From NCBI GenBank assembly GCA_000182565.2, contig KQ257452.1: 64,000 nucleotides of DNA, one strand, 5' to 3'. Origin of the DNA: Spizellomyces punctatus DAOM BR117 (lineage: Eukaryota). This document shows positions 1-12,297 of this stretch, one piece after another. How positions within the stretch are numbered: position 1 is the first letter of the stretch; each line of letters begins with the position of its first letter. Below the pieces are notes generated by a model. The model saw only the letters and a list, made by a program, of their open reading frames with translations. It was not told where the DNA came from and made no database searches. A program made the translations under genes and the position numbers.

Positions 1-95
1 CACTGAAATCTCTAAGTCCAAGCTACTATACTACTGATACTACTGACTGACTAACTAACTAAAGACAAAGTAACTAACAGAAGAATTCTGTTACA

Positions 96-1648
96 CTCAG
101 CAATGCTCAGCAGCTTCAGCCATGCCTTGGCAAACATTACCTGAAAGTCGATTGTCCCAAACCTTCCAGACCTTCTAAAACTGCTTACATGATGATTTAC
201 CCCTTTAAACCATTCCCATATGCATCTGTGATCATTCTGATTACTCTAAGTCCATTTCCCCATCTTGTAATTTAGCCAATTCAAATGTGAACTGCCCTTG
301 AAATGCATGAAGCTCACTCTTGAAGCACATGAAGGTCACATTTGAAGCACACACTTAGATCTTAACATGAACAAGTGGGCTGAAGCATGTAAACAGTAAA
401 CAAAGGTGGAGGAAGGCTGAAGAATGTACTGGAGTATATAAAGGGGACCTTTGAATTTCCCAGGATGAAGACACGCATGTTATCCCACAAGATACAGTAC
501 CAAGAAGTTTCACCATGATTCACAAGCATTCCTGGGCCTCTCAGAAGTGTTTTCTACAGGGGAAATCAGTGTTTCAAGTGCTAAGTTTAATACAAATACC
601 TGGATCAGAGAACCTGGATCAAGTAACCAGTTCATGTATCTGGATGTGGGAACCAGTGAAGGGAACTGAACTGGCTTCTAGGCCAGTGGACCTGTAGTTA
701 GGGGTGCTATGAAGTAAATTAGTTATAAAAGAAGTATCAGTGCCCCCAGACTAAGAGTTAAGTGTTACACACAAAATCACCAAAAATCCCCTTGTTTATC
801 CTCTGGCTTTCCCATTTTCATTCTCAGCATCAGAACTCTTTTCTTGTTGTTTGAAGCATGTACACATTGTTTAAATTAGTATATATCCCATTAATTGACA
901 TCTGACCATGCCAAATGATGGGACCTCAGCCAAATAAATTACCCTCATGGCATTTTAATGTGATCCCAAATGTTTACTGGTCTAGGTGCTGTTATTGTGT
1001 TTGAAGAACAACAAACAAGATAGTGAAGATAGAGCCTTTGGACAGTTTGATAGAGGTTCTAGGGCAAGGATCCAATGGCAGGAAGTACTGGCAAACACAT
1101 TGAACCATCAATTGATAACAAAAAACCTCAATTTGTTGTAATCTGTGAGCAATTGCCATAGGTATTTAGCAGTATTTAGTACCTACCATAGCCACAGTTG
1201 ATCATATGTACAGCCTAATTCCTGCTTAGTACCTGATGCACATGGGTTCAGAGCCACCAAGTGCTGGAGCATATCAGCCTTGTAAAGTTAATGACACAGT
1301 AGATGGAGGGTGTTGTTGTTGGTAGCCAAGGGATGGATAATGCTGCTGATGTTTGAGGAAACCTGAGGTCCACATTGTTGAGATTCAGGCTTAAACCATG
1401 CTGTATGATCTATAAATCATGTGAGATCATGCTGGGATGTCATTAGACAGTTCACATCTGATTTGGCTAAGTTAGAACATGGGGAATTGGACTTCGAGTA
1501 ATCAGAATGATCACAGATGCATGTGGGAATGATTTAAAGGGGTAAATCATCATGTAAGCACTCTTAGAAGGTCTGGAAGGTTTGTGGTGATCTAGATCTT
1601 CAGGTAATGTTTGCCAAGGCATGGCTGAAGCTGCTGAGCACTGCTGAG
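96..1648. repeat. ~200-bp inverted repeat pair (96-294 and 1448-1648)
   Basis: ctcagcaatgctcagcagcttcagccatgccttggcaaacattacctgaa...aatgtgaactg is the near reverse complement of cagttcacat...ttcaggtaatgtttgccaaggcatggctgaagctgctgag. Confidence 0.9.
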
Positions 1649-2880
1649 CATGGCTGAGCATGTAAACAAGTGGGCTGAAGCATGTAAACAGTAAACAAAG
1701 GCAGAGGGAGGCTGGAGAATGTACTGGGTTATATAAAGGGGACTTTTGAATGTCTCTGGATTAATACAAGCATGTTATCCCACAAGTTACTGCACCCAGA
1801 AGGTTTACTAGCAGCCACAGGCATTACTAGGCCTTTCAGAAGTGATTTCTACACAGGAAATCAGTGTTCCAAGCACTAAGTTCAATACACATTAATTCAA
1901 AAAAACATCCAAGAGTGATCTCTCACCTACTTATAAGCTTCAGAATAGGCCAGTTTCTAATACATGATTTGGCTCAGGTAGAAGTGGGTTGGTGGTATTG
2001 TGTACTGACTTTTATTAAATCTCCTCTGTGGTATTAGCACTGCAAAGTGTACAAATTGAGAATCTACCAAATGGTTCCTTCAGATACCTTGCTTTGGCAG
2101 GTGTGTGGGAAGGAAAGAGGGAGTGATTCTTCAATGCATCTCCTTTCTGCACATTGGCCTACTTTTCATCTTGGGGAAGCCATGGCCCAAATTTGCTTTA
2201 AACTTTTTTCAGAACTCTTGCAGCATTGCTTTAATTTTGCTAAATTGTCCCATTATGTCAGCCTAGTCCTCCATCTGTGTTAGAGATCTATGTTCCTTGC
2301 AATTACCTTTATGTAGTCAGAGCCATCTGAAAATACTTGAGTTGGGCATTGCCCAATACTATGAAAATCAATGTCAGTGGCTGCTCCTCCTTCTCTCTGC
2401 ATCTCTCAAATCCTTCTCATGGGCACTCTGCAATGCTCAATCTCCCTTATGCACCATAGCTCTTCAAATACCAGTAGAAGCTATGGGTAGTAAGATTCAA
2501 AAAAACTGGAGACCTCACACATTTGCATATGACTCAAAGGTGTATACCATGCTGTATACAACAAGGGGGGGCCTGCCGTGGTCCAGACTTGCTGGAATGT
2601 TTGCCAAGGCAAGACTGAGTATGGCTGACCTTTTCACTTTTCTTGGGCTTATTTGTGGTTGAAGGCTTTGTCTGTGCAGCATGGAATAACAACAATGGTG
2701 GAGGATGGGCTGAAAGAAGGTAATTTAAAATATAAAGGGGAGGTTCCAGCACCATAATATAATTGTAAGTATGATTCCATGAACTTAAAGCACCCAGTAG
2801 TCTTACCAGCATTCACAAAAATTCTGGGCCTTTCTGACTTGATAATTAATACCAAGAAGTATTGCTTCAAGTGCAAAGTC
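370..2880 (+). repeat. ~225-bp dispersed direct repeat (370-594, 1665-1889; diverged third copy ~2700-2880) with TATA-like TATAAAGGGG
   Basis: Shared aacaagtgggctgaagcatgtaaacagtaaacaaagg...tatataaaggggac...gcatgttatcccacaag...ggaaatcagtgtt..aag; the third copy keeps tataaagggg and ctgggcctttctga. Confidence 0.85.
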
Positions 2881-3702
2881 TAACATAAAGATGGGTTTTG
2901 GTATTGAGGCAGGGGTAAGTGGTATGTGCAGGAAGGCAGTGGGGAGAAAGTAGGTCAGTATTAATATTTATATGGCTATCAGATCAACATATTAAAGTAA
3001 GAAATTTGCTCTGGCTATCTGGGCTCATCTTTTTTTAGATCTATATACACTAATTATATAAAGGGAAAAAATATATTGAGCAGAGAGAATATAAGAAAAC
3101 TTTTATTATTTTAATAATATTTTTATCTATGCAGTTAATTTATAGAAGCTTTATAAACCCCTACACTTACTTTTAGAAAATACTAGGGCAGTCTAGATAT
3201 TTAATATAGGATCTTATTTTTATACTTCTTTGTTTTAAAATTCCTAATAATATAGTCAATAGGTTATATACAGCTTCTCAGAAGTTATTCAGTGAAGTTA
3301 ATAACTCTGTTGGGTACTATACTATTATATTATCCAGTATTAAAGAATATTTTTGGAAACCTGCTATTAAGAGAGCATAAATAATACAACTTCCTAGTAA
3401 AGGAATATGACAACTTGCAGCCAGTGCTTCTAAGAACCATTTTGGTCTTCTTCCTATGGTTCAAGTTTCCATCCTATGACATCTTCATTGCAATCAATTA
3501 TTTCTCACAGTAGTGATGCTGCATATTTTTTCCATGATTGAGAGAACTAAGATGACATTTGCCTGATTGTTGCCAATGAGCTATCTTGCTGAAGCAATAT
3601 GGATCCATTGGTACAGTCAATCAGATATTGTTTATGACCACACAAACGAAGCGACCCACACATGACGTATACCAACAAGGGATTGGATATGCAGTGCTCT
3701 CA

Positions 3703-4661
3703 TTACACTGGGTACAGACATTGTTCATCAATTATGATATACCGTGTACACAAAAACAACCGCTTTCCCCGTAGGACTCCCTGGCCATCCTCCGTCCCTG
3801 TGCACTGCATATTGTCAAATGCCTCATATACGTCTACAAGGTCCTGAGCTTTGACGGCGCCAGTGTGTCCTCCAGACAGGCTATACAACTCCACACAATG
3901 CCGAAACCCCACAAAACAAACCTCCCCACTGTCAACCGATGGGAGATTTGATTGATCAAGAATGGTACATTCACACCATAGGACAGCAAGTCCCGGCGTC
4001 TTCCATGTTCGAAGAACCCGTAGTCGAGAGGTGGGATGCAGGATATACTGATCTGCGTTAAAAAGAGTTGGTTTTGTGCCTTACCGCAAGTTACACGGTG
4101 TAAATCAAAACGAACCTCGTCGCTTCAGCATATGGAGCCACATAATGGCATCCGACTTGTCTCGGAAAACAAGAGATGACAAGCGATCTGCATATCCTCC
4201 ACTGTTCGAAGTTAGACGCGGGCGCACATGGTCAGACTCTTGCGGAATATGGCTTAAGATCTATGTGGTATGTCCTTACCCAAGGAGTCCTTTCCTACTT
4301 CTCCGCCGCTCCTGAACCAGGCCAGACTCATCACCTGGTATCTTGAACCCAGGGGTGGCCCACGATGTGCGATCAGGTGTTGGGCTGACAACTTCGTTTG
4401 CTGATCGATCAGAAGGTACCGTAAACCGAATCGGTATCGGTGTTGTGTCATGTTGCCGCTTTGGTATGTCTTTCGAAATTAATGGGGAGGCAACTGGAAC
4501 ATGTCCAATGGTGTCTGGCTGGACAGCGCGTTACTTTAAGGAACATCAACATCCTTTGGTAAAGTCATGACGAAGACCTTGGGTGTATCTGGCGCTTCTG
4601 AAGGCGGTCTTGACGTTGGTGTCCGTTTTTGACTATTTGATGGCAGAATGAAATGGTGCAT
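3703..4661 (-). CDS. Spliced hypothetical protein with SPIDR (DUF4502)-like segment; start approximate
   Basis: Exons translate to ...RRRSRKGLL / GGYADRLSSLVFRDKSDAIMWLHMLKRR / DQYILHPTSRLRVLRTW...LWCECTIL...QDLVDVYEAF...LFLCTRYIII, resembling the GGLAERL...RERS...W.H motif and following OB fold of SPIDR. Confidence 0.55.
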
Positions 4662-4809
4662 TGTTGCTATTATTTCGACCGCGACTGTCCTGGGTCAATA
4701 ATGCTTCGTTGTTGCCATGTCAACAATTCAAGGTCAGAGTATGATAGAGTCAACAGCGGGCTTGGACTGCCATCATTCGTTACAAGTACTAGCGAACTCC
4801 GGCCTGAGA

Positions 4810-6679
4810 ATGGGCGATGCAGGTTTTTTCAAGGTATGGGAAGATTGTGGGGTCCGGTAGAACTGGCGCTGAGTGGTCGTTCCACACGAAGCCGAAATCT
4901 AACTGTCAGCGCTGATGACACAGGGCACAAGTGCCGAGCAAGATGCACGCTTCGGTGACAAGCAGAAGAAGCTTCTGAAGACAATGAAGTTTCCAAAAAT
5001 CTACGACCAAAAGGTATGAATGGACTTCTTCGGAGGGAGAGCAGGAACGGTATGCCGTGGGATTCTGCAGGAGATCCTCGCCAGGAGGCATGGAAAGGCA
5101 GGAGATTTGATGTTTCTCGAAGCGGCAACAACATTATCTAATTATGCACTGTTGGGTGTAAATGAACAGTAATGAATTTTCCTGCGGACTTTGCTGGGCT
5201 GCTGTGCGCTCGCAAGATGATGGAAACGCCCCTCGTTGTCCAGGAGTTTCAACCAACCATTTCGTCATTTGGGATGCTGACTTCCAGGTAGACATCAAGA
5301 AAGTCAATACGAATGTTATCAAGCCCTGGGTGACCAGCAGAGTGGTGGAACTTATGGGGTTCGATGATGATGTTTTTGTTGAATTTGTATTCAATTTGCT
5401 TGAAGCGGAGGTATGAACAGAGTAATCTTCGTTCAGGGGCATTTTCGCTTAACATGTCATAAATATCATTCCTCATCAAAGAAACTGGATCCGCGAACGA
5501 TGCAAATCGAGATATCCGGATTTCTCGAGACAAAAGCACCTATATTCATGGAAGAACTGTGGGGTCTGCTGGTCAGTGCCCAAAATACTATAGGAGGTAA
5601 TTGTTAACCGCCTCGGAAGACTTTACTTGCCATAAATAGCCTGACCAATGGTCTTACTATCGCAGGTATTCCCCAAGCTTTCTTGGATCAAAAGAAGGAG
5701 GAAATAATGGCAAGACGGGTATGGGACAATTGCAGTTACATGGATCTTGTTGCCAAGTATTTAGCCTACATCAACTCGGTAGCGTGAAAACGAACACATA
5801 GCAGCACAACTACAGAAGCAGAAGGACAAGGAAGTAGCTGAGAGAGCGGAGCGCGATGAAGCACGCAAAAAGGACAGAGAAGACCGAGGAGGGGCTGATC
5901 GTTACCGGAATGACCGTCAGCGTCGACGGTCACGATCTCGCAGTGGTGATCGATACAGAAGCAGAGATTATGATAACCGTTATGAACAACGACGTGATCG
6001 ACCTGATGAGAGAAGATACAGAGATGAATATCGTGGTGCACGTGACCGATCAGATGCGCATGATGGCCGACGGGACGAGAGATATGGGCGGGAACGTAAT
6101 ACAGGACGGCGTGACCAAGATAACGATTACAGGAGTGATGAGCGTCGAAGGGTGGTCGACGATCGGGATATCAGAGATAAGCGAGAGCGCACAGAAAGGT
6201 CAGAGAGATATACCACTGATCGTGAAAGGAGAGATGACTATGAAGTAAGTAGGAGAACCGAGAGAGGTCGCGATAGGAAAGAAGAACACAGCGAACAGAG
6301 CCACCGAAGACAAAGAGAGCCGCGGGAACGTTTGCCTGAAAACTCCGCGGGCAGCGGAACTGACTATACTAGCGATAGCGATGCATCCAGCTCGTCTGCA
6401 TCATCACGAACTTCCACCTCACGTAGTCGGTCATCGTCTAGGGATAGTGGTTCCCCGCCACGCAAATCTCATAAACGAGAACGTGACGTGGCGGACGAGA
6501 GTCGACGACGCAATGGTAGCACAAAGGTGGGAGAGCGGCGAAGGAATGATAAAGATGATGGAAGCAGAAAACGGCATCGGGAGGAAGCAGTCCCCCTTTC
6601 TCATTCCTGGAAGGACAGCCTGGACAATAGCGAGTCAGGTAAAACTAAGAAGACTAGATCAGATGGAGATAAGGAGTAA
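4810..6679 (+). CDS. SRRM1: PWI-domain, RS/RD-rich splicing coactivator (SRm160/SRRM1 orthologue)
   Basis: MGDAGFFK/GTSAEQDARFGDKQKKLLKTMKFP.../VDIKKVN...IKPWV...GFDDDVFVEFVFNLLE/KLDPRTMQIEISGFL...FMEELWGLLVSAQ, followed by an R/D/S-rich tail. Confidence 0.92.
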
Positions 6680-6824
6680 GTAGTGCTTGTACATAAGGTT
6701 CTGGATCAGGCTGCCATGGGAGAGCCTGCCAGGTGAGGAGGGTGGTACAAATAGACAGGTCCCCATGTTCTGCGGAAAGTAAATATCGTATTATCACAGA
6801 ACATCACATAAAATGAGGAGAATT

Positions 6825-8596
<1,772 letters not shown>

Positions 8597-9312
8597 TGCG
8601 GCCTTCTCAAACACAAACAGGATACAAGTTTAGAGGGATAAGAAATGAGAGATTTGTTCAGAGGAAATGCAGAGCGAAAGAAAGTCGAAGGGGGAAAGTC
8701 TCCCTCCCCCTAGGATCACGCTGGTTATTGCTAAGCCCCACAAAGTCATGACATCATCATCTGACTTTGGAACACTTGCCTAGTCTTGCGTGCAATCGTT
8801 TTATTTCACCATGATCTTTGTTATCAATACAGTATATGGCCCATACGACAGGCGCTAACAAGATAATATGTGCATTTGAGCATGCCAACTGCATGATGGT
8901 CAGCACTACATTGAATGTCATCGACAAGGGCTGCATCAGACATGGCGCTTTGGCCTCAGTCTCTCCAAAACTATGCATTTTTTTCTAACTGAAGACTGCC
9001 CCATATACATTGGGTGCAGGTCTGCCAACGGCCATGCACAGATGATAGCTACCAAGAACATTTCCAGAATGACACTTGAAGCGATAACCCCAAAAATGCT
9101 TAAACAGTTTCTTATCACCTTTTTGATGAAGCCTCATCTCACACTAAACAAACGCGTCATCGCAAAAAGCAAAGCCTTCGTTGACATCATTTCACCCCCT
9201 CCGATCTTTCTTTCTTAAATTGAACAGCACTTTTTGGTTTCCTTTTGTGTAGATCTCAACTTAACAACTCTAGATTTTCGCTTCTACCAAAATCCAACTT
9301 TTATCCCCCCCA

Positions 9313-11253
9313 ATGTCCGCTCCTCGTCGAAAACTACCTCCACCGCCAGTCGGTCTGACGAGGCGACAAACACATCATAATGTCTCTATCCCATTAAATG
9401 GAACTATGATTCAGTATTTCGAGTAAGTTATGTAAAGGGACCTTATCATATCATCTTGCGCTAACAGAGATGGGAATTCAAAGATGGCATGTCCCCGCAG
9501 ATCATAAACATTGGACGCGTCTTAGAGACGATGCTCAAAACTTGAAAGATTTGGGAATAACAGCGATATGGATCCCTCCACCAACGAAAGGGTTAGCGTG
9601 GCTCTGATATATAGGAAGAATGGAAAACGATATTCTAATCCTGCTTACACAGATCGAGTCCCGCCTGTGTTGGGTACGCCACATGTATGTTCACTTGTTT
9701 TATATCAATATCTGGTTTGGGACAGAAACTCACCCTACACTCATCCAAAGACGATCTGTGGGATCTTGGTGAATTTGACCAGAAGGGCTCGGTGCCAACA
9801 AAATATGGAACCAAAGCAGAGCTCGTGGATGCCATAAAGGCGTGCAGACAACGGGGAATAAACGTCTACGCAGACGCTGTCCTAAATCACAAACTGGGTG
9901 CCGATCAAACGGAAACTTTCAAAGCCGTCGAGGTATCGCCGCATAATACTGAGCAAGAAGTATCGGGAGAGCTGGAAGTGAAAGGCTGGACAAAGTTTGA
10001 CTTCCCTGGAAGGGCAAACAAATATTCGGATTTTAAATGGCGTCACTATCACTTTACTGGCATTGATTACAATGCAGCAAATAAGCGTCAAGCTATATAC
10101 CGAATACTAGGAGAAGGAAAGTACTGGGTAAGTGACGGCCCGTCTGCTGTCAGTTCCTTTTATCCACGTGATCTGACCTTCGATGGTAGTCTGATAATGT
10201 CGATGGCGAGAGAGGCAATTATGACTACTTGATGGGGGCGGACATTGATACAAGTCATCCAGAGGTGGTCGAAGAACTCAAAAAGTGGGCATTGTGGATC
10301 ATAAAAGAACTGGACCTTTCTGGATTCAGATTGGACGCCGTCAAACACATCGATGCAAAGTTCATGCATGACTTGCTGGAACATGTTCGAAAGAATTCAA
10401 GTGTAGGAGAAAACTTTTTTTCAGTCGGGGAGTACTGGAAGAACTCTATGAAAGACCTCGAAGACTATCTTGACATCCACGAGTGGAAACTGTCCTTGTT
10501 TGATGTACCGCTTCACTTTAATTTTGCGGATGCTAGTAAATTGGGCAAATCTTATGATATGAGAAAGATCTTTGATGGTACATTGGTGCAATCTCATCCA
10601 ATGCATGCGGTTACATTTGTGGTGGGTAGTGGAGGCGTTCAATATGCATGTCAGACCATTTGCTGATATCTTTTTCCACTTACCAGAACAACCACGACAC
10701 ACAGCCGGGTGAATCACTAGACTCGTGGGTCGCTCATTGGTTCCAGCCGCTAGCCTACGCCCTGATATTACTTCGACGAGATGGGTATCCATGCATCTTT
10801 TACGGCGATTTTTACGGTATTGACGGCGAACATCCCGTTCCCGCACACGCTGCGCCAGCCATACGTAACCTGCTAATTTTGCGATCCCAATTTGCGTTTG
10901 GGGATCAGGATGATTACTTTGACCATCCGAGTACTATAGGATGGGTCCGGCGTGGTTGTGAGCAGCGTCCTGCCGGATTGGCAGTTGTGATGTGTGCTGG
11001 GGATGCGGGGTTCAAGCGGATGTTTGTTGGTAGCGAGAGGAATGGAGAAGAATGGGTTGACGTAGCCGGGGGCCGTAAGGAAGTATTGACCATTGGCCAA
11101 GATGGATTTGCGGATTTCCAATGCAATGGGGGTAGCGTAAGTGCCTGGATTCCAAGAAAGGAAGCAGAGAAAACATTCAAGTGGAAGCGGGAAGAGCTCG
11201 CGGCCCTATCGGAAGCCAGTGAAACTGAAGGCGAGGACACTGTAGAACGGTAA
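9313..11253 (+). CDS. Alpha-amylase, GH13 subfamily 5 (Bacillus liquefying type), no signal peptide
   Basis: GTMIQYFEW, GITAIWIPPPTKG, YDLWDLGEFDQKG..PTKYGT, DAVLNHK, GFRLDAVKH, GEYW, NHDTQPG. Confidence 0.92.
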
Positions 11254-11448
11254 GATAAAATGGAAATAGTAGACAAATGTACCATAATGATGAACAAACG
11301 ATATCTGGTCGATCTTCTTGTCCCATTGAAAGTAATAACCTGCTGTCTCTGCTGTCACGCTTTACCAATTTAAAGTGAGGTCCCCATAATCTCGATTATT
11401 TGCATCGCAAAAGAACATCCTTCTGGCGCGTTTCCCCATCCCCAGATC

Positions 11449-12087
11449 ATGACCACGGCACCCGACATTCACAGCCTAATCACATCCCACACCGCTCTCC
11501 CGACGCCCCTCCCCCCTCTCACCCTCGACGCTGACGAACGCACTCCGCTCCACACCGCCGCTACCTCCAAAAATCTCGCTGCCATCACCCTCCTCTCTCC
11601 CCTCACCAGCACATTAGCTGACCCACAAGATTGGACTCCCATACACATTTGTGCGTCGAATGGGTTTATTGAGGGGTTGGCTGTCCTACTACGTGATCAT
11701 CCCACACATGTGAACGATCAGACGGAAAGTGGACAATCTGCGCTCCATTTTGCGGTATCTAAAGGGTGGAACGAGATTGTGGTTGCGTTGTTGGATGCTG
11801 GCGCGGACCCCAATCTTCCAGACAACTATGGTATGACGTCCCTTCACCGGGCTGTGCATCGTAGTAGGTACGATATTCTGAATATCTTGGTGGCCCGTGG
11901 TGGGAATATCAACGCTGCAGATAAAGAGGGCGTGACGCCGCTCATGGGGGCCGCGGAGGACGGTGATGAGCAAATGGTAAGGGCGCTGCTGGAGAAGGGG
12001 GCGGACGTGGGCAGGGTGGATAAGAGCGGACGAAGAGCAGTGGATGTTGCGGCTGCAAGTGTCAAGAGGTTGGTGTCGGTTGAATGA
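11449..12087 (+). CDS. NAS6: Ankyrin-repeat protein, gankyrin/Nas6 (PSMD10)-like; intronless
   Basis: DERTPLH, DWTPIHICASNG, GQSALHFAVSKG, YGMTSLHRA and DKEGVTPL repeats; 212 aa. Confidence 0.75.
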   Translation: MTTAPDIHSLITSHTALPTPLPPLTLDADERTPLHTAATSKNLAAITLLSPLTSTLADPQDWTPIHICASNGFIEGLAVLLRDHPTHVNDQTESGQSALHFAVSKGWNEIVVALLDAGADPNLPDNYGMTSLHRAVHRSRYDILNILVARGGNINAADKEGVTPLMGAAEDGDEQMVRALLEKGADVGRVDKSGRRAVDVAAASVKRLVSVE

Positions 12088-12297
12088 TAGTAGGAGGTAT
12101 TATCCATAGGAATGGTGGGCCCGGGTAGCATCTTGTGCATATAATGCAATAAGACGAGTCAGTGTGGGCAAGTGTACTTTTAGGAGGCATCATGTTGGTA
12201 TGTTGATAATGAAATATATATTGGATAAGAAAGAAAAACAGGCAGAAATATAGAAAAGAACCGCTATAAAAAAAAACATGGATGTCCTAGTCCTACA

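Larger units (their letters stand above)
1..3500. mobile_element. Decayed, CpG-depleted transposon-derived repeat island (family not identifiable)
   Basis: Almost no CG dinucleotides (only a few, e.g. ~149, ~1495, ~2577), abundant TG/CA, no intact ORF, and internal inverted and direct repeats. Confidence 0.7.

Noticed and set aside
515-2876. Short ORFs in the repeat island as genes
   Set aside because: They have no motifs and lie in CpG-eroded repeats; I could not assign any transposase or RT remnant.
8757-9218. Small ORFs between PEP4 and the amylase
   Set aside because: They overlap, lack motifs and show no clear splice structure; probably promoter DNA.
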